DNA of 64,000 bases from Paraspadella gotoi (Eukaryota > Animalia > Chaetognatha). Below are positions 23,211 to 35,127 of this stretch, one piece after another (within the stretch, counting starts at the first letter, position 1; each line of letters starts with the position of its first letter). The stretch covers positions 5,278,152 to 5,342,151 of the forward strand of contig CM119270.1 of NCBI GenBank assembly GCA_051294375.1, read 5' to 3'. The notes under the pieces were generated by a model that saw only the letters and a program-made list of their open reading frames with translations, did not search any database and was not told the DNA's origin. The translations under genes and the position numbers were made by a program.

Positions 23211-26200
23211 TTAAAAGTGGTATACATAAAAGGGTAAAAACTGATCAGCATCTTGAATAATCATCTCTCGCATGTAATTGTCTTGATCTGGTTGCACTGC
23301 TATATGATGATCCTTTATTCTTCCAGGTAAAACGCGAAACAAGATAAGTCCATCGCCATAAGACTGGCTTTTGCTGGGAAACTCTGAAAAATAGCATCCA
23401 TTACCAAAAGCTCTCCCATGTATAGCAGGTCTTCCTGGATCTAAGTTATATTTCAAAATGCTATCAATATTGCTACTGGAAGTGCCATGAAAAGCAAGAA
23501 TTTCTTCTCCACACCCAATTTTTGCAAATTTTTTCTTTTTTTCATTAAACTTTGTTTCAAGTTTTTGGTTAAAAACTACATCAATAGACACAATCTCCGT
23601 TTTATTCCTTGATGGATAAACATTCTCTTTCATAATCATTCGAAGATAGTGAGCCTCTGCTCTAGCAAAATGAAGTTCTAATGGATCACTAGGATTTTTT
23701 GTTCTTTTAGTCAGTATGTTAATTTTAGAAAACGGATATTTGACAAAATCCATATTTGGAATATCCAGAAAGCCCGGAACAGATATGCGAGCATAATGAA
23801 TGATGTACTCGGGATACGCTTGGGCAGGATTAAAGATCACAAATTCATCAAAACGAACACCTCCAGTATTACGCGAATCCCGCGGAGCAAAAACTGAGTC
23901 CATTTTAAGTCTCTTGAGTTTCTCAAAATTGAATTTTTCAGCTCGTAAAATTTTATAACTACGACCTAGTATAACTTTGCATAAAAGTAATTTGTTGGAG
24001 CCTTTAGTGTACAATACTTGTGCACTTTTAGAAGAATCGGTAGCAAAGTAAATCCCTTTGCCATACATGCCATCATTTATTGGTAATCTAAAGCCTTCCA
24101 TAGTTATGCCTTTGACTCCTTCATCAGATGTTCCGTGAAACTTTTCAGCAATATGATCTCCATAACAATCGAGTTTTGCTTTTTCAAACTGCAATTCTAG
24201 TTTAGGGTTTCTAACTTTCTCTATTTTTGTAATAGTTGGATACCAAGAATGCTCTGGTTGTATGAACTTTAACACAAGATCTTCTATTCTTTGATATTCA
24301 GCAGCATTTTCGTCTTTCTTGCTTATATTCTCAATTAACGTGATAGATTTTGTTTTTTCACTTTCAATCTGTTCTATACGCATTTTAGCATGTTCTTTAA
24401 ATACTTTCATTTTTTGTTCACCACAAAAGGAACACTCAACTTTTTCACACATTTCATAACATTTTAGAGTACAAAGATGTGTACATTTTCTCTTTTTTGT
24501 ACAGGGCATTTCACACCTGAACTTAAAATCTGGTTCATGACATATTTTTTTGCTAGAATCTTTATGACAGTCTTCGCATTTTTTGAAAATTATTTTGTTA
24601 CATTTCCAGCTTATTGGTTCTGAACACCTTTTTTTCCTAGGAGATGGGTGCTGACATTCAGGAAATTTATACTCAATAATTTCGTCACAAGATTCGTGGT
24701 TATGCGTTTGTCCACACTTTTTAACGCATTTATGTTTGCAGTTCCTAGTAGCTGTATGTGAGCATGGATGAGTACAATTGATATCTTCTTTCTTTTTAAA
24801 GCATTCTGATTCCATGGTATGACCACAGTTTAAAAGAGTGTTAACAATCATATAACATTTTAAGTCTGACTCAGGCTCAAAGCATTTTTTTTTTGAATCA
24901 TGTTTGCAGTTTATAAAAGTAAACTTTATTACTTCTTCGCAACGAAAATGGCTATGAGGATGCCCACATTTTGCAGTGCATGCATGCAATCCGCAATTCA
25001 TAAGCTTTGAACAAGTGTTGTTACATTTGAGAGTATTTTCATTTACCCAGCATTTTTTTGAACATGAATGACCACAATTTGGAAAAGTGTAATTCACTTT
25101 TATTTCACATTGAAGGCTATTTATATCCTCATAGCAATATCTAACTTTGTAATGTCCACATTTTCCAAATATGTCTGTTACTTCTTGTTTACATGTCTCA
25201 TGTAAATGAGGTGGATTACAGCTTTTTTTGCAATTATGTTTCTGACATTTCATAAGTTGATCGCAACTATATTTACAAAGTAAACTTGGTTTTGAGATGA
25301 ATTTTAACAATTCTTCAGCCGTTTGAACTAAACTTTGAGACTGTTTTAAATGTTTGGGGCATTGAATTGGTAAAGAAGAACTAACACAATTATTATTTTC
25401 CATTTGTTTAATGATATGATACCAACCTTTGTCGCAAGAAAACGTATCTTTGTTTCCAACAAAAAATAATGAACACTTTGCTCTTGACTGAGCCACACAT
25501 CTTCTGTTTTGCTCTTTTAAAAATCCGATTGCACCTTTGTCATTCTTACCAAACTTATTAGACCTGACTAATGAAACAATTACATAATCATTTTCATCCC
25601 CTTGATACATGTCAATTGTTGAAACTTTAGGCAAAGAGCTATTCTCAAAAATTTCTTTCTGTGCAGCTTTTATATTTTTTAGTTTTTCTCGAAGGAGTTT
25701 GACCTGTCCAAGATAGGCTGCTAAAATTGTAATACTTTCTGGTTTACTACCACAGCTTATCAAAAACATGGCTAATGTTGCAGCCATATCAGCTTCTTTA
25801 GGGTTTGTCATGGAGCGACTGAGAGAACTGTCATCATTACTTTTTGATCTACCTGTTTCAGGAAATTCATGTGACCAAAAAAAGTAAGAATTAGTTACAC
25901 AAGCAACTGGTTTATGGTTACTAACTATTTCTAAATTATCTTCCAAAAAAGGATAAATATCTTTAAGCATGCTGGAAAATTCAGGTCGCATTCTATTTTG
26001 TCTTTCAAGTGTCTGGTATTGTATATCTGATGCAATTAATCTTTCCATCATTGAAACATCAAAATGATAGTCTTTTCTCAACTTAAAGGATTCTACTTGG
26101 GGACGCAACTGTTTTTGATCTCCAATTAGTATCAAATGTTCAGTTTCGGAATTTAATGCTGCCAACAGACTTGGTTCTAATATTTCAGCAGCTTCCTCAA

Positions 26201-29200
26201 CTATAACTATTTTTGGAGCAATTTTTCTAATTAATTCGTGATGTATTGAGGCTCCAGTTATGGTCATTCCAACAATTTTTTTATTTTTACAAACTGATGA
26301 TTTATAACTAGTTTCAGCACTACGTTTTTTTTGTATTTTTTGCTCAAGCTCGCACATTCTCACATCTAATTTTTTTTGGACCATTTCGCAAGACTCAAAT
26401 AGTAAAGTAAATATAAATTGAATCTTTTGAATTTCATCAAGACACCCAATATTATCCACTGCCAGCATATTATAATCTGGTTTTAAATCATGAGGAAAAT
26501 CTGAGAGTTTAAACCCCAACTTTTCATTTGGATCTCTGATAAGATTGATTTTGATACTTGATTCTTTTGACAATGTTTCACCATTAATAAGTTGCCTTGA
26601 AGTGTGTAATTCATTTATATAATCTTCATCCAATTCATCAATATTATCTTCTTTATTATGATCAGATTCTTTATTCTCATTTTTTTCTACTTCTGCAGAT
26701 GTAAAATTTAGATACTTTGTTTGCAACTTCTTTAAATCTCTAACTTTCTCCTCTGAAGGTAACCAATTCTGAACAAGATTCTTCCATTTATCAAAAAGAA
26801 ATTGACCATTTGAATTTAATTTATTTTCATGATTAGACAAGAAAAAGTCTTTCAAGCTTGGAATATCTTTTATTATATCACAAAACTTTTTTTTATCTGG
26901 TTTAGATAAGTTTTTCAGCATGAATTCTTTAATTTGAATGTCTGACAAACATTCAAAAAATGTAAGCATTGTCAAGCTTGAGTGTGCCTGAAGTTCATTC
27001 ATTATTGCATTGATATCATCAGATATAAGTGCTATTTCTTCTTGTAATTCTCTAATATCAAAGAATAAATGGCCAGGCATTCGACTTATTTTGAATAAAT
27101 TACACTCCTCTAACCTTGAATCTTGTGATCTCCCACCTATCCTTACAACCGCATTTGCGCCATATAAATCAATCATTTTGACTAAAAATTCATCTAATGC
27201 ATGATTTTTGTAAGTGAGCACTAAAATTGGCAATGGCACTAAACTTTCCGATTCATCTGTAAAATCTGTAGAATTAAGGAGGACCTCTACGATTTTAACT
27301 CCTAGGTAAGTTTTTCCACAACCAGGAGGACCTTGTATAATAGCAAGACGATTGTTGAGAGCATGATCCAGGGCAATTTTTTGACTTTTTTCTAATTGAT
27401 GATAAATTGTAAAATAGTTTAAACTTGTTTGAATTTTTTGCAAAGAGGTTTGATTATTATCCTGTTTTATCATCAAATAATTTGGTGTCGAATTTAGACT
27501 TAGGTTTGTAAAAATAATTTCCTCTGCTAAATCAAATTCTTCCATCTCAAATTGTTGAAATGCTTGTAAAACTGGTTTTAGAGAATTAAAATAAACAGGT
27601 GACTCAACCATTACTGTTTGTCCTCCATACTGCAACAAGGATAATATTGCTTTGCTTTTAGGTAAGCTGTTAAAATCGCACAAGTCTAACAAAATAATTT
27701 TCTTTTGTTTTAATAATTCAGGATCCCTTTCAGCAACAGTTGCCCAAATAGGAGAAGCAAAGTTTTGCTTTGGAGAGAGACAAACCAAATTACCAAACAT
27801 CAATTGGGGAGATTTAGACCAATCTCTTACAGGTTTATCTGGTATAAAATTAACTGCGATTGAAAAGCTAGAATGAGTCAAATAGGTCCCAACCACGAAT
27901 ATTTTCGAATATACATTCATATCTCTCTTATCTAACTTATTACATTTTAACGCCTGAATACCTTTTTGAATTGATTCAAAAGTTTCAGCTCTGAGTAAAC
28001 GGAAATAAGTATCCATATAATCCTCTTCACTTTCAAAAGGTCCATACTTCACTTGACTGAGATGTTTATCCTCTGTTACTAAACTTCCACTGAGCTCTTC
28101 ATTTGTTATGCACATAGGCATCTTGTTCCATTTAGCATCCAAACCATTTTCAAGCTTAGTGTCATTCTCAATAGACATGAGCCAGATATTGAATAATAGC
28201 TTTTGAATTTCTGAAGATGGGTTACTTTCACTAATGCATTTCAGAAAAGGTTGTAAATAATTTTTAATGTTTGGGGCTTCCTGAACCTGGGATATTAAAA
28301 AATCGGAAATAATCTCTATTTTTGAAGCGCCATCTAAAGTTTTAAAATCTGGTCGATTCAAGTCTTTGAAAAATGACATCCACAGTTTTTTTTGATCCTC
28401 ATTAACTGGAGAAAACAAGACTCCACTGAGGACACATTTTGTGGCATCAATGAGTAACTCTTTCTGAAAACGCTTTGCCTTCCTGATGACCACAGTTAAA
28501 CAATGAATATAAGGATAAAAATAGTTATCAAAAGCTGCTGAATTCTTGAAAATCAGTGAAGAAAATAACTTCCACTGAGTTAAATTATTTAATACATCTT
28601 CCAAAGCATCGTGCATCATTGAACCAGACAAGTTTTCAAGTAGACAAGCAAAATAATTTATCAACTCGGAAGAATTCCTAGGTAAATAGAGTAAAATACG
28701 TATTTTTCTAGCCATTGGTCTTTCTTTATCCCTCTCCCCTAAGATATACTCCATTTTATCACCTTCCTTAATTTTTAAAACATAAGAGCTGATTTTGTCC
28801 GCATAAACATAAACATCTTTAGAGTTTCCGTGCTCATAACCTTTGTCCGGTTTAACATAAAAATATTTTTCATTAATATTAGAGCATATAGTTCCTTTTT
28901 GCCACCCATTTTTTGAAAAAATCGTTTGATTATCCTTGATTTCATTGTTTGATAGATTGTTGCTACCAACATAAACAGCTTGAGCTTTTGGTTTTTGTTT
29001 ACTTTCTTCATTTGAGTCCAAATCAAAGGTTACGTTTAATCCAACTGTAATTCCAACCTCTTGGTCGGAATGATTGACTGTTTGATTGATGTGAAAAAAA
29101 ACCAGACGGTTTTCTGTTAAGCTTGCTTCTAAGAGACCAGAAACGTTGTTTGGCATGATACGAATAACGACGCCATTTTTTGTAGATGAGTTTGGAAATT

Positions 29201-29239
29201 TTCTATTATTCTTCATGGCCGGAACTAAAATGACTTTAT
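23211..29239 (-). CDS. ZNFX1: Giant terminal exon of ZNFX1-like helicase-PARP fusion, paralogue A (2x CSD-like, SF1 helicase, NF-X1 zinc fingers, 2x PARP catalytic domain)
   Basis: 2001-aa uninterrupted ORF (ATG 29216, stop 23211). ZNFX1-type motifs: YMDTYFRLLRAE, LMFGNLVCLS, MVESPVYF, Walker A QGPPGCGKT (~27309-27332), TYKNHALDEF, Walker B VEEAAE, GDQKQLRP, SMMERL, QNRMRPE, TIDMYQGDE, RRCVAQSRAK. Cys/His repeats ~24420-25365. PARP motifs FHGT/GKGIYFA/FDEFVIF and FHGT/GNGCYFS/REMII. Splice acceptor (polypyrimidine-AG) at 29240-29241, 23 nt upstream of the ATG. Symbol denotes family, not orthology. Confidence 0.92.
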
Positions 29240-29504
29240 CTGTATAAAAAAAAACAAGAACGGAGATTCAAATTTGTGACTTTGTTATCCCGTGTATTTC
29301 TGTTTTCGACACATACTGCATTGCAATAATTTTTTTTAAATTTTCTATACACTGCGACGCAAAAAAAAGAAGACACTTTTTCACATCGAAAAAACCGTAT
29401 TGGATGGCTGAATTCTACTTAGATATAGAAACATAAAGCAAAGCTTATTAAAAGATAAAGCAATTGGTTTAATTCCCAAAAAATAAATTTATTAATTTGT
29501 TCCG

Positions 29505-30103
29505 AAATGTTTGTTTTAGGTCTTTTTGTCACTAACTACAACAAAAGCAACGACGACGATGATGGCGACGGCGACAATAATGCCAATAACGATTGACTTG
29601 ATTGATTGATTGATTTAATAATTAATTAATTGATAAATAAATTTATTGATTGGATAATTAATTAATAAAAAAAATTGATTGATTTAATAATTAATTGATT
29701 GATTAATTGACTAATAATTAATTATTGATATTTATTATTGATTAATTAATTAACTAATTGATTAATTAACTGATTAATTATTTGATTAATTAATACATCT
29801 TGTATTTAAATTTAAAAATAAAAAGAAGCATAATCAATTAGTGAAACAGGTTTTTTGTTTTTTCCATTTAAACTCATTTCCACTTGAACGATTCCATCGA
29901 AACTTGAGTTCCTGTTTAATCACACACTTTTCTACCCAAATACAGACAGACTGACGGACATCGTTTTTTTTGATTAATTTATCATAATTTGATATTCTGA
30001 CATGATATATGTGGTAGTACGACAATATTGAGGGGGCGGACCGACGGAATGACAAAGTGAATTATAGAGTCGGGATCTGCTTATAAGCAGATCCGACTAA
30101 AAA
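29505..30103 (+). mobile_element. Partial copy of the same HINE-like element
   Basis: Body matches 30470-31180 and ends in the same GGATCTGCTTATAAGCAGATCCGACTAAAA hairpin; 5' boundary approximate. Confidence 0.6.
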
Positions 30104-30109
30104 TCTATA

Positions 30110-31180
30110 AAACAAGTTTGAGCAAACAATGTCGGATCTGCCCACGATCATTATCGGTAATTAATTAATTAATAATTAAATTATCCAAGTTAATTAATTT
30201 AGAGAAGAGTTTGAAATGGATTCAACAACGATTTATTTGAAACAATAATAATAACGGACATGTTTCGGCTCTTGTTCAAGCCTTCATCATCAACGCTGAT
30301 GAAGGCTTGAACAAGAGCCAAAACATGTCCGTTATTATTATTGTTTCAAATAAATCGTTGTTGAATCCATTTCAAACTCTTCTTTAAATCTCAACAACAA
30401 CGAAACGAAAAGATTATAATGTCTAAGTTAATTAATTAAATAATTAGGCAATTAATTAATTAGATCCCAAATATTGTTTTTAGGTCTTTTCGTCACTAAC
30501 CATGACAAAAGCAATGACGACGATGAGAATAATGCTGATAACGGTTGACTTGATTGATTGACTTATTAATTAATTACTGATTAATTAATTGACTAATTGA
30601 TTAATTATTTGATTAATTAATACATCCTGCATTTACATTTAATATAAAAGGAAAAAGAAGCATAATCAATTAGTGAAAAAGGTTTTTTGTTTTTTCCATT
30701 AAAATCATTTCCACTCAGACGATTCCATCAAAACTTGATTTCCAGCTTAATCACACACTATCCTACCCACATACAAAATTCAATGTCAATCGCCCCATCC
30801 ACTCATGTGCAATAGGTGTTCAAATAGTGAAAAATATTTTTTTGGTTTTTTTCATTTAAACTCATTTCCACTGGACGATTCCATCGAAACTTCATATACA
30901 GCTCAATCACACACTTCCCTACCCACACACAAAATTTCATTCCAATCCATCCATCCAATCACGAGTAATTGGTGTTTTTTGCTAAGGTGGGACGGACAGA
31001 CAGTCAGACAGACAGACAGACAGACAGATGGACGGACATCATTTTTTTTGCATAATTTATCATAATTCGATGTTCTGACATGATATAAGTGTGTGCCCGA
31101 TAATATTCAGGGGGCGGACCGACGGACCGACAAAGTGAATTAAAGTGTCAGGATCTGCTTATCAGCAGATCCGACTAAAA
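30110..31180 (+). mobile_element. DINE-1/HINE-like non-autonomous Helentron-type element
   Basis: Starts AAACAAGTTTGAGCAAACAATGTCGGATCTG, ends with hairpin GGATCTGCTTATCAGCAGATCCGACTAAAAA (subterminal IR GTCGGATCTG/CAGATCCGAC), internal GACA/GACG microsatellite; related copies elsewhere in the window. Confidence 0.65.
30197..30424. mobile_element. Penelope-like element remnant: 93-bp-arm palindrome carrying minimal hammerhead ribozyme motifs
   Basis: Inverted repeat 30197-30289 / 30297-30389 with two mismatches and a 7-nt spacer; contains AACG-CTGATGA-AGGC...GCC-(G/A)AAAC-ATGTC-CGTT; flanked by direct repeat AAGTTAATTAATT (30187-30199, 30425-30437). Confidence 0.7.
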
Positions 31181-31827
31181 AGAAATTAGTTTCTTTTTTT
31201 TAGACAACAAGAGTCAATAACTTTTCCCTATAATAAAATGTTTATATGAAATTGTCTGAACAAATTCAGCATAGAATATCTGTAGGGTTAAGTGTCAACC
31301 ATTTTTTACCTAATTCAAATTTAAATAAGTAAAGAAACTATCATCAGTCAGAAAAAAAAGTATCAACTTAACCTCCAAAAATTATTTTGCTCCGCTCACA
31401 ACTAAAAATAGTATCACGAGTAATTGGTGTTTTTTGCTAAGGTGGGGCGGACGGACGGACGGACGGACGGACGGACGGACAGACAGACAGACAGACGGAC
31501 GGACATCATTTTTTTTGCATAATTTACCTAATTCAGATTTAAATAAGTAAAGAAACTATCATCAATCAGAAAAAAAAGTATCACCAACTTAACCTCCAAA
31601 AAATATTTTTTCCCAATTCTGTTTTCAGACTCTGACTTTAAAATATTGTTGTATTCTACTGCCTGAACCAATTAATTTTTATCGAGCCTGAACCGGCTTC
31701 GATATTGATTCGGGTCAGCTTCTTTGTGACGTCGTCGTCGTCGTCGTCGTCATCGTCGTCGGCGTCACGCTGTTTTTATATAAAAACTACTACGCTTTTA
31801 TAGGTTTGGCTGTGACTTACCGTTTTT

Positions 31828-33148
31828 TTTAAATAAAAATTATTATGAATTATGATAAAGTTTTACAAAAGTGTGCGATCATAGTAAGTTAAAAATTTAG
31901 ATATGGCTTCTCATCTTGAAATGGCTTTGATATTTTCTCATTACATTTGGATTCAAGTATTTTTTGTTTGAATTTCCACTTCATTATGATTTACTGCAAT
32001 ATGCAAATGAGATTATAGTACTCATTATAATATCCAAATTAGTATATAGAAATGCTTTAATCTAATTTACATATGGAAGTATATAATATTGAAGATGAAA
32101 TTCAAAAATTTTTTTTTAAATCTATAATAAAAATGGGAACTCAAAATAACTTTTTAATGAGAAGCTATATCTTAATTTTAATACAAATAAAAATAAAATC
32201 TTTTACAAGCTGCGATTGGAAAAAATTTGAAAAATTTCCAATTGTAAACAATTGTAACATATTTTTGCTTTTCTTTTATTTCTTTAAATTATATCTATAT
32301 ATATATTTTTAATTTTCTGAAAAAACGAGTTCAGGCTCTTCAGTGACTGTTCAGCGACCTTCCACTAGCTGTCCAGCTTTGTCTCTTTCTGTTTCTCTCT
32401 GTTTCTATCTGTGTCTCTCTCTCTCTCTCTCTGTACGATCTCATGCCTTTTTTAAAAAATTCTGATTATTTTTTTCTTTCTAAAAACTTTTATTATCGCT
32501 ATTTATTTTTTTTTCAATACAAAATCCCAAATTTACATCCGAGATTTTCGTGGATTCATTTTAAAAAAAAGGAAAAATAACTTATAATGCAGGCAATGTC
32601 ACATGTACATCAGTTTGCTGCTGTAAATATACCTGCTTTATATCAGGCAATTGCGCGGATTAATTTAATAGCATGTATAATGTATAATGTATAATTTTTT
32701 TTTAAAAAATGATTTTTTTTGTTTTTGTTTATTACTGTAACTTTGGACCGGTCGGCCCACTATTGGCAAATTATATCTAAAATAGGAGTTGAGAAGAGAG
32801 ATATAGTCAAATTAAACATTACTTTTTTTGTTATTCTGATAATTTTTACAATTTTAAATTTGTAAATTTTTTTTAGTGTATATATTTAATCATTTTTATT
32901 CTTTTTTAAAATAATAATTATTTGAGTTGGGATAAATATTTATAAATTAGTTAAATATGCAAATATGAAATTTGACCTCGGTCTGGTTTCTTCTTTAAAA
33001 AAAGAGCAATCTAAAATTTCATTCAAGATTAAAACTTTTTTAAGATGAGGATATAAATTTTTTTTTGATAAGTAAAAAAAATATTTGGAAGTCAAAAATA
33101 TCATATCAAAATATATTCTTTATATAAACGAGAGTGAAAACTGACCAG

Positions 33149-33191
<43 letters not shown>

Positions 33192-33716
33192 CATTCATAC
33201 ACGCATTTGTTTGTTTTATCTACGATGAATGATTCATCGCGTCAATGAATGACTATCATCGCATCAATGAATGATTATCATCATATCAATGAATGATTAT
33301 CATCACATCAATAAATGACTATCATCGCATCAATCATTTGATTATCATCAAATCAGTTATTTTGTTATCATCGCATCAATTATTGGTTATCATCGCATCA
33401 ATATTTGGTTATCATCCCATCAATATTTGGTTATCATCAAAAAAAGGCTCGATCCCTATTGCTTTTAAGATTTTTTAAATAAAAATTATTATGAATTATG
33501 ATAAAGTTTTACAAAAGTGTGCGATCATAGTAAGTTAAAAATTTAGATATGGCTTCTCATCTTGAAATAGCTTTGATATTTTCTCATTACATTTGGATTC
33601 AAGTATTTTTTGTTTGAATTTCCACTTCATTATTATTTACTGCAATATGCAAATGAGATTATAGTACTCATTATAATATCCAAATTAGTATATAGAAATG
33701 CTTTAATCTAATTTAC
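31828..33716 (+). repeat. ~240-bp near-identical direct repeat (31828-32070 and 33475-33716)
   Basis: AAATAAAAATTATTATGAATTATGATAAAG...CTAATTTACA occurs twice with very few differences. Confidence 0.85.
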
Positions 33717-33732
33717 AATAATACAATTTCTT

Positions 33733-33766
<34 letters not shown>

Positions 33767-34012
33767 ACTCATACACGCATTTATTTGTTTTATTTATGAT
33801 GAATGATTCATTGCGTCAATGAATGACTATCATTGCATCAATGAATGACTATCATCGTATCAATGAATAATTATCATCACATCAATGAATGACTATCATC
33901 GCATCAATCATTTGGTTATTATCACATCAATCATTTGGTTATCATCACATCGATCATTTGCTTATCATCGCATCAATCATTTGGTTATCATCGCATCAAT
34001 ATTTGGTTATTA
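33225..34012. repeat. Two arrays of ~22-bp minisatellite (ATCATCGCATCAATGAATGACT)n
   Basis: Arrays at ~33225-33440 and ~33798-34012, each preceded by (CT)n-CATACACGCATTT. Confidence 0.8.
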
Positions 34013-34301
34013 TTGAATGTAGGCGAGATCCTATTCTTTTAAGATTTTTTATTGTGATATTCGTTTTCTCCACTAAATTTGGCACAAGAAACTTTGCAGG
34101 TATCAGGAACTTTCAAAAATGCATGGTATTTCTGGGAGCTCTAGCCTGGGCCCGTGTTAGAGTTGCGGGATAGGCACGGAATTGAACGGGAGGCCCGGGT
34201 TAGGTTGGTTGGCGAAGTCGCCAACCAACGAGAACCACACCCGCGACTCATACGTGAATCGCCGGCGACATCGCAATTTAAATGAACTAAAACATAGGTT
34301 T

Positions 34302-34532
34302 GAAGAGACAGTAATTATTGACAAGTGTCAATGACAGAACCGCTCAATACAAGCAGTCCCCGAGCCTCGGATCAGGCTGTAACACCATGTTACAGGCGGG
34401 CCAAGCGCCCCGTCCCTCTCAACTGCCAGACGACCACCGGGCCAGAACCCCGGACCTCCGGGTTGGGAGGCGAATGACTTGCCTCCGGCACCAATGGCCG
34501 CTGATGAACGGTTGGTGGATTTTAGTCCACCA
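34302..34532 (-). mobile_element. Second copy of tRNA-derived SINE-like repeat
   Basis: Homologous to 13192-13422; flanked by direct repeat CATAGGTT (34293-34300, 34531-34538). Confidence 0.65.
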
Positions 34533-34709
34533 TAGGTTCAACATACAAGATACATCAAAGAAACATTTCAGTTAATTTGTTTTATTTCTCTAATATAGAC
34601 TTGTAAGCACAATTTTTGTGTATTTATTTCCAAAACAAAATTTCAACAATTTAAAATAATACCAGATTCTGTTTAATTAATGTTTTTCATATCTTAAAAT
34701 TAGTAGTAC

Positions 34710-34822
34710 CTCTTGTGATATGAGCGTTGCTTTTTTTTAATACGGAAGATTTTGTGGTATGACTTATGTTTTGTTTAGTAAAAATTGAAGGTCCAACAGC
34801 CTCCAACGAAACCGGTTTGTTG
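34710..34822 (-). CDS. Upstream coding exon of paralogue A
   Basis: AG/GT bounded, open frame (NKPVSLEAVGPSIFTKQNISHTTKSSVLKKSNAHITR), phases 2-1 as in paralogue B exon 58119-58243; SHTTKSS resembles SHSRKSS in B. Phase-compatible with the giant exon. Confidence 0.6.
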
Positions 34823-34892
34823 CTGGTATAGAAAGAGTTAATGACGTACGGTAGTTGTAGTTACCACCACGTACACTTGTTGTATGACTCAC

Positions 34893-35127
34893 CTGGGCTC
34901 AGCGCCTTGCGAGCTGTTTATAGCAAGTGGGAGGGCAGCGTTGAGAGGAGCAGCCGTCGGGGTAATTCTAGTAGATGGATTGGAAGCATCGATTGCAGCA
35001 GAATCAGATCGTGAAGACGGCACCAAAGCGTTGATGGAAATTTGCAATTGTTCATCGTCGCAGTGCGTGGCGTCGACGCCAGGATCGGGCGGTTTTAGTG
35101 GAATAGCATTTCGCCCCATGTATTCGT
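34893..35127 (-). CDS. Upstream coding exon of paralogue A (Pro/Ser/Ala-rich)
   Basis: AG acceptor 35128-35129, donor GTGAGT; open frame EYMGRNAIPLKPPDPG...GAEP; phases 1-2 and PPDP motif shared with paralogue B exon 58316-58505 (IPPEPPDP). Confidence 0.65.
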
